A stretch of DNA of 64,000 nt, taken from Trueperaceae bacterium. GTDB taxonomy: Bacteria > Deinococcota > Deinococci > Deinococcales > Trueperaceae. This document shows, piece after piece, positions 1-10,362 of the stretch. The notes beneath the pieces were generated by a model that saw only the letters and a list, made by a program, of their open reading frames with translations, was not told where the DNA came from and did not search any database. The stretch spans positions 3,200,001-3,264,000 of the forward strand of contig OZ243956.1 of the NCBI GenBank assembly GCA_965214405.1. The letters run 5' to 3'. Position 1 is the stretch's first letter, and the number at the start of each line of letters is the position of its first letter. The position numbers were made by a program, and so were the translations under genes.

Positions 1-69
1 CGGGCACGTACCCAATCAAACCTTGAATAAATGTGCGAGAGCCGGACGCGTTCCGGCTCTCTCCTTGTT

Positions 70-471
70 ATGCTTCCTCGAGTGATCGTCGGTCTTGATC
101 CGGGAAAAAACGTGGGCGTCGCGTTTGTGAATAAAGAAGGGGAGCTCGTCTACCGTAACATCGTTACCCTGGACACGTTGAAGACGCTCCACATTCCACG
201 CGGCGCAACCCTCGTCGTCGGGAACGGCACGGGCGCGGAGGGCGTGAAAGAGATTCTTCGCGCGCGCGCGCTGAGCTTTGCGGTGGTGGACGAAACGGGG
301 ACGACGCTCGAGGCGCGCACCCTCTACTTTAGAGACCATCCTCCCAAGGGCTTGCTGCGTCTGTTACCCAAAGGCTTGAGGTCACCCCCCAAACTTATCG
401 ACGACTACGCAGCCTACGCGGTTGTGCTGCGTTATCTAAGGGAAAACGAGCAAGAAAAAGAGCTGAGTTAA
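70..471 (+). CDS. YqgF/RuvX-like RNase H-fold nuclease (resolvase-like protein)
   Basis: N-terminal IVGLDPG motif, VGNGT, VDETGTT and C-terminal IDDYAA match the YqgF/RNase H-fold pattern; ATG at 70 chosen over the ORF start at 31. Confidence 0.7.
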   Translation: MLPRVIVGLDPGKNVGVAFVNKEGELVYRNIVTLDTLKTLHIPRGATLVVGNGTGAEGVKEILRARALSFAVVDETGTTLEARTLYFRDHPPKGLLRLLPKGLRSPPKLIDDYAAYAVVLRYLRENEQEKELS

Positions 472-508
472 ACTCAGCTCGCAATGGGTTCAGATTGTTT
501 TATACCCG

Positions 509-1015
509 TTAATTCAGCTCGTCGTCCTCGCCCGCGTCCATCATGGCGCGCGCCTCTTTGGGCGTGATGCCCAGCACCGCGCTGATTTCTCCCGCCAAGA
601 GGCGCAGCGCGCGGCGGTACGCTTGACGGTCTAGGTCGGGCAGACCGCGCTCCAAATCCCAACGGCGCAGTTCGCTGCCCAGGGTGGCGATCTGGTAGGG
701 GTCGCCGGACGACAAGATTTCGGTCACGCGGCGGTGGCGGGCCGCCCACTGCTTGGGCAGGTTGATGCGGCCGTTGTTGAGGCGCTCCAACACGCCCTGC
801 ACCTCTTCTTCGGTCAAAGCGGGCCGTAAGCCTGCCGCCTGGGGCGAGGCCACGGGCACAAACGCGCGCGAGGTGCCGTTGGGAAAATCAACCTGATAAT
901 ACTGATGGTCCGAACCGGCCACGGTGCGCGTCGTCGTCCCCGAGACGATGCCGACGCCGTAAGGGGGAAGAACCACCTGATCACCATTTTTATATCCTTT
1001 GGCTGCTTTCAACAT
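509..1015 (-). CDS. carD: CarD/CdnL-family transcriptional regulator
   Basis: GDQVVLPPYGVGIV N-terminal RID motif, ...GLRP..., W-x-x-R (KQWAARHR); ATG at 1015 preceded by GGAAGGGAG. Confidence 0.85.
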   Translation of the reverse strand: MLKAAKGYKNGDQVVLPPYGVGIVSGTTTRTVAGSDHQYYQVDFPNGTSRAFVPVASPQAAGLRPALTEEEVQGVLERLNNGRINLPKQWAARHRRVTEILSSGDPYQIATLGSELRRWDLERGLPDLDRQAYRRALRLLAGEISAVLGITPKEARAMMDAGEDDELN

Positions 1016-1343
1016 GCACTCCCTTCCACTCAAAAAACCAGTACACCAACGCTCTAAACGTCGGCATGTTAACAATAAAATGTGTCTATGTATTGCGTAG
1101 GGTGTTGCGTGAGCACGCGCGGCGCGACAGATCGAGGGCTCGCCAATACGCTCACGTACACAAATATACCATATTTCACAAAGTGAGGCATAAAGTTGGG
1201 TGACGTGAGATTTTTAATACTCTTCGGTCCTGGACGCATCATTGCGCGTTCCAGAAGCCGCCGCTCGAGCTCTGTGGTCATTCTGTGGTCATGTTCAGGC
1301 TGTAACGCGCGCGGCGCTCGAACGCCAGAAGGGTTTGCAAAGG

Positions 1344-2231
1344 TTACGTTCCGTCCGCCCGCCTTTCTCTCGCATTGCGCGTCGTGAGCGCGACGCCCGA
1401 GAGGAGGATAACCGCGCCGACGAGGGTGAGCGCGCCGGGTACCTCGCCAAGAAAGAGCGCGGCCAGGCTTGTCGACACGAAGGGCTCGAGCAGCGTGACC
1501 GTGGCGACCACCGTGGGGTCTAGGTATTTGAGCGCGTAGTTAAAGCTCGTGTGACCGACAAGCTGCGGCACGAGCGCGAGGAGGAGAATCCAGAAAAGGG
1601 TCGTGAGGCTGTAGCCCGTGTAGGAAAACCCCAACAGCAAAGGCAGGGGCAGCAGTACCGCGGCGGCCACGCCGTAGGCCACGCCGACGTAGGCCTGTAA
1701 ACTTAGGCCCCGCGCCTGCGCGGCGCGGCCCAACAAAAAGTAAGCGGAGATGGTTACCGCGCCCGCGAGCGCCAGCAGGTCGCCCAAAAGGGGCGCGCTG
1801 CCCGCCTGGAGGTCGCCAAAGCCGATAAGCGCGCCCCCCAGCACGGCAGTGAGCGCGCCCAAGATCACCGCAAAGGCGGGGGCGACGCCCAAAAAGAGCC
1901 AGCTAAAGAGCGCGACCCAGAGCGGACTTGTGGTCACGAGCGTTACACTCGCGGCCACGCTCGTATACGAGAGCGAGGTAAGCCAGGTGGCAAAATGCGC
2001 GCCCAAGAAAACGCCCGCGAGCACCGTGTACCCCAGAGCGGCGGGGGTGGGCGAGGTTCGCTTAAGTGCCCGCAGCGTCCAGGGGAACAAGATGAGGCTG
2101 GCGGCCACCATGCGGTAGGCCGCGACCACCACGCCGGGCGCGTCGGCAAGGCGGACGAAAATGGCGGCGAGACCCACGGCGACGACGCCGAGGGCGAGCA
2201 CAAAAGCGAGACGAGTCGGGGACGGTTCCAC
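1344..2231 (-). CDS. DMT/EamA-family transporter
   Basis: ~10 hydrophobic helices, two EamA-like halves (TSVAASVTLVTTSP; LLEP); TACGAT 6 nt before the GTG start. Confidence 0.85.
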   Translation of the reverse strand: MEPSPTRLAFVLALGVVAVGLAAIFVRLADAPGVVVAAYRMVAASLILFPWTLRALKRTSPTPAALGYTVLAGVFLGAHFATWLTSLSYTSVAASVTLVTTSPLWVALFSWLFLGVAPAFAVILGALTAVLGGALIGFGDLQAGSAPLLGDLLALAGAVTISAYFLLGRAAQARGLSLQAYVGVAYGVAAAVLLPLPLLLGFSYTGYSLTTLFWILLLALVPQLVGHTSFNYALKYLDPTVVATVTLLEPFVSTSLAALFLGEVPGALTLVGAVILLSGVALTTRNARERRADGT

Positions 2232-2941
2232 GCGCTCATCGTACCGTTCTGTCGCCGAACGCGTCCCATATCGGGTCTATGAGGGTGGCTGAGCGGGGAC
2301 AACTCACCCAAGCTTATAGACGCGCCTGTCGAGCGGAGGTAGCAAGATGCGGCGCGAGGCTGAGGAGTTAAAACAGAGGGGTGGGGGACGGCCCGATGGC
2401 GCTGGAAGTTAACGGGGTGCGGGCGCTGGGTAGAGCGCAAGAGAGCGCTCGTCCGGGTATAAAAATTAAAACCACCATGCGCTACCCCGCCGCTTCTCCG
2501 GGTCAGAGGTGGCTACTCACGGACGTACGCGAAGTTTAGCTAAGTTCTGTTGACTTTTCAGACTACATTTACGAGTTTTGCCGTGCTGCGCGCGAAGCAG
2601 GAAGGTTTGTGGGGCGCGGAGACTTACCACGTCTCGAGGTTGAACGATTGTCTCAATTAAATGATTTTCCTCAGTACACGACAAAAAATGGTTTTGCAAG
2701 TCTGGAACGGGCTGTTAAGTCCTCTGAAAAGTAGTGCTCGTCTCCTTCATGACTACTGTCTAGGGTGATGTTCAAGGCGATTTACCTTGTCATGCTCCTG
2801 CGGACAAAAACGCTCTTCTCGGGCTTATACAACAAATCATGTTTTGGACGGGATTTCTAAAGAATTGTCGTATACTAAGATGATTTTCCCAAAGAGCGAC
2901 GTCAACACGACTGAGTTCAGTTTCCCTCAGCGAAACGGGTC

Positions 2942-3610
2942 TCAGCGTCCCCGCGGCAGATACTTTTCCCAGATCGGGTCGATGTTGGGCAAAATCCCGT
3001 AGGCCGACGAGAAGAGGAATCTCGGCGCGTAGGGGCGGCGGCGCAGGGTCATGCGCGCCTCTTCGGGGGTGCGGTCGCGCTTTTTGGCGTTGCAGCGCCT
3101 GCAACAGGCGACGACGTTTTCCCAGGCCGTCGCGCCGCCCCTCGAGCGCGGCAGCACGTGGTCTAAGGTTAAGTCGCTACTCTTAAAGCCGCAATACTGG
3201 CAGGCGTGGTCGTCGCGCCGAAATACGTTTTTGCGGTTAAAGGCGACGCGGTGGCGCGGGGGACGCTTGACAAAGCGTTTGAGGCGAATCACGCTGGGGA
3301 CCGGGAACGTTTGCGAGGGTGAACGCAAGACGCGGTCGCTGTCCTCGATGCGTTCGGCCACCTCGAGCATGATCAGCCCCACCGCCCGCTTGACCGAGCA
3401 AACGTGCAAGGGCTCGTACGAGGCGTTGAGGATAAGAACCCTCGCCGCGTTGAGGTTGCGAATCGGCTTGAGGCCGTCCGCGTCGGCTTCGCCCGCGTCA
3501 TCCTCTAAGGGGTCGAAGTCGTCCTCGGCGGGGCCTAAGTCAAAATCCAGGTCGTGTGAGGCCGGATCGTATGAGGCCGGGTTGTCTGAGACAATGTCCT
3601 CGTCTAACAT
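2942..3610 (-). CDS. HNH endonuclease (McrA/HNH_5 type) with acidic N-terminal tail
   Basis: VLILNASYEPL, RDDHACQYCG, TLDHVLPRSRGG, WENVVACCRRCNAKK. Confidence 0.9.
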   Translation of the reverse strand: MLDEDIVSDNPASYDPASHDLDFDLGPAEDDFDPLEDDAGEADADGLKPIRNLNAARVLILNASYEPLHVCSVKRAVGLIMLEVAERIEDSDRVLRSPSQTFPVPSVIRLKRFVKRPPRHRVAFNRKNVFRRDDHACQYCGFKSSDLTLDHVLPRSRGGATAWENVVACCRRCNAKKRDRTPEEARMTLRRRPYAPRFLFSSAYGILPNIDPIWEKYLPRGR

Positions 3611-3716
3611 GATGAAGACCAGTATACCCCAGATGCGTCATCAGTCTGTCTCGTTCGCCAACGCGCTATTAAGGATTTCTTCAAACATTTCCCCCAACGC
3701 TTTTCAAGCGTTCATG

Positions 3717-4730
3717 TTAACGTTGCTCTAGGGCGAGCTCGAGCAGCCTCTTCACAAGCTCCCCGTAAGGCACGCCCGCCGCTTCCCAAAGTTTGGGGTA
3801 CATGCTCGTGGCGGTAAAACCCGGCATGGTGTTGATTTCGTTGAGCAGGAGCGTGCCGTCTTCTAAATAAAAGAAATCCACCCGCGCGAGCCCCGCCGCG
3901 TCCACCGCCTCAAAGGCTTTCAGGGCCAAAGCTTGACAGCGTTCAGCCAACCCCTCAGGAATCTTTGCCGGGATGACGAGGTCGGCCTGGCCCTCGGTAT
4001 ATTTGGTGTCGTAGTCGTAAAAATCGCTGCTAAAAGAGATTTCGCCCACCGGACTCGTGCGCGGCGCGTCGTTGCCGAGGACGCCGACCTCGAGCTCCCT
4101 CGCCCCCGCTACCCCCTGCTCGACAATGATGCGCCGGTCAAAGCGGGCCGCCTCGTCCAGGGCGCGGCGCAGGCTCGTTTCGTCCGTCGCCTTGGAAATG
4201 CCCACCGACGAACCCAGGTTGGCAGGTTTGACGAACAAGGGAAAGGTGAGGCCGCGCAACTCCTCCAACACCCGCTCCGGTTCGCGCCCCCAGTCGCCGC
4301 GCCTGACGCCGCGGTAGGGCACCTGGGGGAGGCCGTGCGCGGCAAAAACCGCCTTCATCATGAGCTTGTCCATACCCACGGCGCTGCCCAAGACGCCCGA
4401 ACCCACAAAAGGCAAGCCCATGATTTTGAGGAGCCCCTGCACGCTGCCGTCTTCACCAAAGGGCCCGTGGAGAAGGGGAAACACGAGGTCAAAGGGTTCT
4501 TTGGGAAGCGTTTGAAGCCCGCCGTTGGTTGAGTTGTTGGGCGAGGTGCCCACCTCGAGCGCCCGCCCGGACGCTTCAGCCGTGAGCACGTTTCCCGCAC
4601 GGTCAATCACCAACGGCGTGAGGTCGAAGCGCTCTCCAGCCGCCCGCACCACCGACCGCGCCGACGCCAAACTCACCGCGTGCTCGTCCGACTGACCGCC
4701 GCAGAGGAGGAGGACGCGGGGGCGCGTCAT
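3717..4730 (-). CDS. ddl: D-alanine--D-alanine ligase
   Basis: GGQSDEHAVS, LHGPFGEDG, FVKPANLGSSVGI, YDYDTKY, LNEINTMPGFT motifs. Confidence 0.95.
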   Translation of the reverse strand: MTRPRVLLLCGGQSDEHAVSLASARSVVRAAGERFDLTPLVIDRAGNVLTAEASGRALEVGTSPNNSTNGGLQTLPKEPFDLVFPLLHGPFGEDGSVQGLLKIMGLPFVGSGVLGSAVGMDKLMMKAVFAAHGLPQVPYRGVRRGDWGREPERVLEELRGLTFPLFVKPANLGSSVGISKATDETSLRRALDEAARFDRRIIVEQGVAGARELEVGVLGNDAPRTSPVGEISFSSDFYDYDTKYTEGQADLVIPAKIPEGLAERCQALALKAFEAVDAAGLARVDFFYLEDGTLLLNEINTMPGFTATSMYPKLWEAAGVPYGELVKRLLELALEQR

Positions 4731-4874
4731 GAAAACGTCTCTACAAGCACGTTTATGAAAATTCTGATATTTGTGTGTAACTTACACATCTTACAGCATA
4801 CTGTAGACGCTTTTTTGCCTCGAGTCAAGGCGCCGACACCTTTACCCCCTACCTCTCTACGCCCTATCTCCCCA

Positions 4875-5645
4875 TCACCGCCAAGTCGGCTCCCGCTTCT
4901 CCAGAAAGGCGGCAACGCCCTCTTTCAAGTCGTCCGTGGTGCGGGCCAAAGCGTTGACTTCGGTGGCGTAGCGCAGGCCCTCGAGCAGCCCCAGACCCGG
5001 CACGCTCGCCAGGAGCGCCTTGGTCATGGCGAGAGAACTCGGCGCGTTTTTTGCCATTCTAGAGGCTCGAGCCACGGCGCGCTCCAGCACCGCGTCCGGC
5101 GGCGCAGTTTCGTTCACCAGTCCTATCGTCGCGGCTTCCTTGGCATCGACCAGACGCGCGGAAAGCAGGAGGTCTCGAGCGCGCTTCTCGCCCACCTGCC
5201 GCATCAAAAAAACGCCGACCAGGGCCGCGACAAAACCGATGCGCGCTTCTGTATACCCGATTTTGGCCCCCTCGCTCATCACCGCCACATCACAGACCGA
5301 GACGAGCCCCGCGCCGCCCGCGACGGCGGGGCCGTTGACCGCGGCTACCGTCGGCTTAGGATGGGTGTAGAGCGTCAGGAAAAGCTCGGCGAGTCGCGCG
5401 GAGTCGTCACGGTTGGCCTCGGTCGACTTTTCGCTCAAGCTCTGGAGGTCGGCGAGGTCGAGACCCGCGCAAAAGGCCCCGCCGGAACCCGTCAGGACGA
5501 GCGCGCGCACGTTGTCGTCATGCTTGGCGGCAGTAAGCGCCTCCGACAGAGCTTCCCTTGAAGAGTTGTTCAGCGCGTTCCGTACCTCCGGGCGGTTGAG
5601 CGTGAGGATGCGGACGCCGTCGTCATCTTGTAAAAGTAGAGACAT
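4875..5645 (-). CDS. Enoyl-CoA hydratase/isomerase (methylglutaconyl-CoA hydratase-like)
   Basis: LNRPEVRNAL, FCAGLDL, GPAVAGGAGL, EARIG, EGVAAFLEKR. Confidence 0.9.
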   Translation of the reverse strand: MSLLLQDDDGVRILTLNRPEVRNALNNSSREALSEALTAAKHDDNVRALVLTGSGGAFCAGLDLADLQSLSEKSTEANRDDSARLAELFLTLYTHPKPTVAAVNGPAVAGGAGLVSVCDVAVMSEGAKIGYTEARIGFVAALVGVFLMRQVGEKRARDLLLSARLVDAKEAATIGLVNETAPPDAVLERAVARASRMAKNAPSSLAMTKALLASVPGLGLLEGLRYATEVNALARTTDDLKEGVAAFLEKREPTWR

Positions 5646-5881
5646 ACGCCATTGTATGTTAGCCCTTGTAAGCCGATCTTCGCCGCAGCCCGAACTTTAC
5701 TCATCAGAGCTAAAGCTAACCACTCACCACTAGCCACTCATCACTATCAAAGTCCACTCGAGCTAAAGGCCTGATGAAGCGCCCGCCGCCCCAACGGTAT
5801 GGTGTATGACAGAGCCGCCCCTACTGCCGTGCTTTACTCCAAATGTAGAATTAGTCACACAAACTTGACTAGGAGGTTGAT

Positions 5882-6799
5882 ATGAGAAAGTTTGGTGTTT
5901 TACTCCTCGCGCTTCTCGCGCTGGGCTTTGGTTTCGCCCAAAAGGGACCCATCACGGTGGGCTCGAAAATCGACACCGAGGGTTCAGTCTTGGCGCAGAT
6001 TGTGCGGCTGATGCTCGAGGCGAACGATTTCCAGATAGACGACCGCTCGGGCTTCGGCACCACCTCGGTTGTGCGCGAGGCGCTGCTCGCGGGTGAGATC
6101 GACTTGTACCCCGAGTACACGGGTAGTGCGCTCACCTTTTTCCCGAATGCGGACCTGCCCGAAGGCGTCTCGACAAACGCCGATGAACTCTACAACACGG
6201 TGGAGGAACTCGACTTAGAGCAAAACAATGTCGTCTGGCTCGACCGCGCGCCCGCCAACAACACCTGGGCCATCGCGGTGCCCGAGGCGTTGGCGCAAGA
6301 GAACAACCTCTCGACCATCGCGGATTTGGCGGATTATATCAACAACGGCGGAGAGTTCAAGCTCGCCGCCAGCCAGGAATTTGTCGACCGTGACGACGCC
6401 CTCAAAGCCTTTGAGGCGACCTACGGCTTCGACGTGACGAGCGACCAGCTCGTGATTCTGGCGGGCGGCAACACCACCCAAACCGAAACGGCGGCGGCGC
6501 GGGGCACGGACGGCGTGAACGCGGCGATGGCCTACGGCACCGACGGCGGCATCTCGGCGCTCGGGCTCGTCGCGCTCACCGACCCCGAGGGGGCCGTGGC
6601 GATCTATCAACCCGCGCCCACCGTGCGCGGCGAAGTGTTTGAAGCGTATCCCGAACTGGCCGACATCTTAAACCCGGTGTTTGCGACGCTCGACGAAAGC
6701 ACGCTCTCGAGCCTCAACGCCCGCGTCGCGGTGGACGGCGAAAACCCCACCGACGTGGCGCGCGACTACCTCACGTCCGCGGGCCTTCTCAACGAGTAG
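5882..6799 (+). CDS. Osmoprotectant (glycine betaine/choline) ABC transporter substrate-binding protein, OsmF/YehZ-like
   Basis: Signal peptide; VGSKIDTEG, IDLYPEYTG, NNTWAIAV, YGTDG; AGGAGG RBS. Confidence 0.9.
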   Translation: MRKFGVLLLALLALGFGFAQKGPITVGSKIDTEGSVLAQIVRLMLEANDFQIDDRSGFGTTSVVREALLAGEIDLYPEYTGSALTFFPNADLPEGVSTNADELYNTVEELDLEQNNVVWLDRAPANNTWAIAVPEALAQENNLSTIADLADYINNGGEFKLAASQEFVDRDDALKAFEATYGFDVTSDQLVILAGGNTTQTETAAARGTDGVNAAMAYGTDGGISALGLVALTDPEGAVAIYQPAPTVRGEVFEAYPELADILNPVFATLDESTLSSLNARVAVDGENPTDVARDYLTSAGLLNE

Positions 6800-6833
6800 G
6801 GCTGTTCAGGCGCGTTAAGTTTAGCCAATTTCT

Positions 6834-6860
6834 GAGGCTGAGGAGGACCTCCTCGGCCTC
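6834..6860 (+). other. Intra-operon stem-loop after the SBP gene (probable mRNA-stabilising or attenuating hairpin)
   Basis: GAGGCTGAGGAG...CTCCTCGGCCTC inverted repeat between the SBP and permease genes. Confidence 0.5.
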
Positions 6861-6879
6861 TTCATATTTTGGGGGATGA

Positions 6880-8358
6880 ATGACCCTGAATCAACGGGTA
6901 AGGCTGATACGCGGACCTATAACTAAGCTGATAACCAAGCTGACGCGCTGGGTCAACCCGGTGGCGCTGGTGAGCGGTGTTATCGGCGGCGTTGCGCTCC
7001 TCGCCCTGCCGTTTTTCAGCCCCGGTTGGCTGCTTTTCAAGGCTAACCGTCTGGTCGAGGGAACCGCTTACAGTGCGCCCGCGCTCTCGCTCTCCTGGAC
7101 GCTTCTCCTGGGAGCGCTCTGGCTCGTCGTCTTTTTGGCTGGCTTTTTTCCCTTCCGAGGCCGACCCTGGGTGCTCGCCTACGCGGCGTCGGCGGGGCTG
7201 GTCGTGGCGGTGCTCTTTATCGGTCGGGGCACGGCGGGGCTGCTGGCGGAGGCGGGCTCGAGCGCGCGTGTATCGCTCGAGGGCGGCGTCTGGCTCACGC
7301 TCCTCGCCTACTACGTCGGCATCTTCGCCGCACTCAACGAGGCGGGCGGCGCACGGTTCCGGGGCGCGCTCATGGTCGCGCCGGGGCTTGCCGTGGTGCT
7401 CGTGCTCATCCTTACAGGCACGCTGAACGGCCTTGGGCTGGCGAAAGAACTCGCCAACGGCAGCGGCGACTTCCGCGCGGAGGTGGCGCGGCATCTTGCA
7501 CTTTCGGGGACGAGCGTCCTTTTGGCCGCCATATTTGGCGTGCCCGCAGCTATCTGGGCGGCGCGTCGTGAGGAGGTGGCGCGTTTTGTCTTGCCGACCG
7601 CGAGCCTTTTGCAGACGCTGCCGTCGCTGGCGCTGTTCGGCATCATGCTGGCCCCGCTAGCGCGGCTCGGGGGAAGCGTCACCGTGGGTGAGGCGCTACT
7701 GGTGATGCTGGCTGGGGTTATAGGCGTTGGGCTGCTCCTCATAGGGTTGCGCTTTTTGAAGGATAGGGTGCGGCCCCTCGAGACCGCTTTACGAATCGCA
7801 ACCGTCCTCATAGCGCTCGCGCCCGCAGCGCTCTTTGTCGTGATTGTGGCGGTGGTTTTGAATGAACTCGTCGTGGCCCTCTTCCGATTTTCCTTTGACG
7901 GCGTAACCCTTTGGGCCGGACTCGGTGCGCCCTTGTCCACTTTGGGCGTCCGGGGCATCGGCAGCGCGCCCGCGCTCATCGCGCTCACGCTCTACGCGCT
8001 CCTGCCGATTGTCCGCAACACCTACACGGGCGTCGTCGAGGTGCCCAAGGCGGCCACCGAAGCGGGGCGCGGCATGGGCATGAGTCCGGGGCAGATTTTG
8101 CGCCGCGTTGAGCTGCCCCTGGCGCTGCCCTTAATCGTCGAGGGTCTGCGCGCCTCGGCGGTCCTGACCATCGGCATCACCACGGTGGCGTATCTTATCG
8201 GCGCGGGGGGCCTGGGCACCTTTATTCAGCGCGGCATCGACCAGGTAGTCCCCGACCTTATTTTGTTGGGGGCGATACCGATTATTCTGTTGGCGCTACT
8301 GGTTGACGGGCTCCTGCGCGCGGTGGGGCTCCTGCTGACGCCTCGAGGGATTCGGTAG
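6880..8358 (+). CDS. Osmoprotectant ABC transporter permease (YehY-like)
   Basis: Multiple TM helices; QTLPSLALFG; EAA-like motif EAGRGMGM; VELPLALP. Confidence 0.85.
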   Translation: MTLNQRVRLIRGPITKLITKLTRWVNPVALVSGVIGGVALLALPFFSPGWLLFKANRLVEGTAYSAPALSLSWTLLLGALWLVVFLAGFFPFRGRPWVLAYAASAGLVVAVLFIGRGTAGLLAEAGSSARVSLEGGVWLTLLAYYVGIFAALNEAGGARFRGALMVAPGLAVVLVLILTGTLNGLGLAKELANGSGDFRAEVARHLALSGTSVLLAAIFGVPAAIWAARREEVARFVLPTASLLQTLPSLALFGIMLAPLARLGGSVTVGEALLVMLAGVIGVGLLLIGLRFLKDRVRPLETALRIATVLIALAPAALFVVIVAVVLNELVVALFRFSFDGVTLWAGLGAPLSTLGVRGIGSAPALIALTLYALLPIVRNTYTGVVEVPKAATEAGRGMGMSPGQILRRVELPLALPLIVEGLRASAVLTIGITTVAYLIGAGGLGTFIQRGIDQVVPDLILLGAIPIILLALLVDGLLRAVGLLLTPRGIR

Positions 8359-8397
8359 GTGAGAGGTGAAAGAGATGCGTAGACGAGTGGGTGAGGC

Positions 8398-9549
8398 GTG
8401 ATTAGGCTCGAGCGTGTAAGCAAGCACTACGGTGAGGTGACAGCCGTTCGAGAGGTCGATTTGGAGGTCGAGGCGGGCAAGTTGGTCGTCCTCATCGGCC
8501 CGTCGGGCTGTGGCAAGACAACCACGTTGAAGATGATCAACCGCCTTATTGAGCCCTCTGAAGGCGCGATTCATGTCAACGGCGAGGACACGCGGTCGCT
8601 CGACCCGCAGGCGTTGCGGCGCGGCATCGGCTACGTGATTCAGAGCATCGGGCTGTTCCCGCACATGAGCGTCAAGCAAAATATCCAGGTGGTGCCCGAC
8701 CTGCTGGGCTGGCCCAAAAAACGGAGCGCGGCCAGGGCGGACGAGCTTTTGAGCCTCATCGGTTTGCCGCCCGAGCGCTACCGCGACGCCTACCCGCGCG
8801 AACTTTCGGGCGGCCAGGCGCAGCGGGTGGGGGTGGCGCGGGCGCTGGCCGTGGACCCGCCCGTGCTTTTGATGGACGAGCCCTTCGGCGCGGTGGACCC
8901 GCTCACCCGCGAGAGGCTGCAAGACGAGTTTTTGCGGCTCCAGGCGGAACTGCGTAAAACCATCGTGATGGTCACACACGACATTGACGAGGCCATCAAG
9001 CTGGGCGACATGGTCTGCGTCATGAACGCCGGGCGCGTCGAGCAGTACAGCACGCCCGAGAGGCTGCTCTCTCACCCCGAGAGCCGCTTCGTGCGGCAGT
9101 TCGTCGGCTCCGACCGCGCGCTCAAACGCCTCAGCCGGATACACGTCGGGGACATCATGACCGATATCTCCTCGCTGGCTGCCAACGCGTCGTCGGAGGA
9201 AGCGGAGCGGGCGCTTAAACGTCACCGGACGGTCTACGTCACCCGCGACGGGCGGCTGGCGGGCTGGCTCGACCGCAAAGCCTTCGCGCACGACCGCCAC
9301 GTCGAGAGCGCTCACACCGAGGTGGACGCCGCGACGTCCGCGGTAGACACTCACGACAACGCGCGCGAAGCGCTCTCCAAGATGCTCGGCCAGGGCGTCA
9401 TCGAGATGCCTGTGGTGGGGGAGGACGGTAAACTTTTGGGGCTCGTGACGCTCCAAACCATCGTGGCGCTCACCGCTGAGCGGGAGGGGGATGGTGAGGA
9501 GCCTCGAGCGGGCGAGAGCGTGAGCTTGGGTGGGGGAGACCGTGCGTAG
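8398..9549 (+). CDS. Osmoprotectant ABC transporter ATP-binding protein with CBS domains (OpuCA/YehX-like)
   Basis: GPSGCGKT, LSGGQAQR, LMDEPFGA, VTHD; C-terminal CBS pair. Confidence 0.92.
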   Translation: MIRLERVSKHYGEVTAVREVDLEVEAGKLVVLIGPSGCGKTTTLKMINRLIEPSEGAIHVNGEDTRSLDPQALRRGIGYVIQSIGLFPHMSVKQNIQVVPDLLGWPKKRSAARADELLSLIGLPPERYRDAYPRELSGGQAQRVGVARALAVDPPVLLMDEPFGAVDPLTRERLQDEFLRLQAELRKTIVMVTHDIDEAIKLGDMVCVMNAGRVEQYSTPERLLSHPESRFVRQFVGSDRALKRLSRIHVGDIMTDISSLAANASSEEAERALKRHRTVYVTRDGRLAGWLDRKAFAHDRHVESAHTEVDAATSAVDTHDNAREALSKMLGQGVIEMPVVGEDGKLLGLVTLQTIVALTAEREGDGEEPRAGESVSLGGGDRA

Positions 9550-10288
9550 GAGGCGCGCCTGGGGCGGCTTGGCCTTGGCGCTCCTACTTTTCGGCGCGCT
9601 CCTGGTGCTCTTGGCCCAGCAGGCGTGGTGGCGCGCGGCGCTGGGGGCGCTTTTTCCCGAGCAGCGCACGATTCTCTTTGAGCGCAACACGCTTTTTGAA
9701 CTCACCTTACAGCACCTCGTTATCGTTGGCATCGCCGTCGCCATCATCTTGCTTATCGGCTTGCCGCTGGGCGTGTGGCTCACCAGGCCGAGCGGGCGCG
9801 CCTTTTTACCCCTCGCCTCGAACCTGCTCTCGGTCGGTCAGACCTTCCCGCCCGTCGCGGTGCTCGCGCTCGCGCTGCCCTACTTCGGCTTTGGCTTGCA
9901 GCCGACGCTTATTGCATTGGTGGCTTACGGGCTCCTGCCCGTCACGCGCAACACCATCGCGGGGCTTCAGGGGGTGCCGCCCGACCTTTTGGAGGCGGCC
10001 AAGGGCATGGGCATGGGGCCTTGGCGTTCGCTTTTTCGGCTCGAGCTCCCCCTCGCTACCCGCGTCATCTTGGCGGGCGTCCGCACGAGCGTCATTTACA
10101 CCATCGGCACCGCGACGGTCGCGCCCATCATCGGCGCGGGCGGCCTCGGCGTGCCGATCATCGCGGGGCTGGCGGTGAGTAATCTCTCATTGGTGCTCGA
10201 GGGCGCACTGCCCGTGGCGCTTCTGGCGCTCACCACGGATTTTGCGTTGGGGCGGCTCGAGCTGGCCCTCTCGCCTGCGGACAGTTGA
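9530..10288 (+). CDS. Osmoprotectant ABC transporter permease (YehW-like)
   Basis: GQTFPPVAVLAL, EAAKGMGM, ELPLA. Confidence 0.88.
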   Translation: MGETVRRRRAWGGLALALLLFGALLVLLAQQAWWRAALGALFPEQRTILFERNTLFELTLQHLVIVGIAVAIILLIGLPLGVWLTRPSGRAFLPLASNLLSVGQTFPPVAVLALALPYFGFGLQPTLIALVAYGLLPVTRNTIAGLQGVPPDLLEAAKGMGMGPWRSLFRLELPLATRVILAGVRTSVIYTIGTATVAPIIGAGGLGVPIIAGLAVSNLSLVLEGALPVALLALTTDFALGRLELALSPADS

Positions 10289-10297
10289 ATAGTATGT

Positions 10298-10340
10298 TTG
10301 ACAAATGAACGTTTATCTGCTATACATTATTCTGATAAAT
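10298..10340 (+). promoter_or_regulatory. sigma70-type promoter with probable MarR operator
   Basis: TTGACA (10298) - 17 nt - TATACA (10321); overlapping imperfect palindrome TTATTCTGATAA. Confidence 0.55.
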
Positions 10341-10362
10341 GAGTTTTGTTAAGAGGTTATGT

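Noticed and set aside
2942..3610. HNH gene as a mobile element or IscB/Cas9-like nuclease
   Set aside because: Short stand-alone McrA-type HNH with host-like composition; no RuvC motifs, terminal repeats or array.
8296..9783. 495-aa minus-strand ORF and the many other long antisense or overlapping ORFs
   Set aside because: Shadow ORFs of well-supported genes in GC-rich DNA, with no recognisable motifs.
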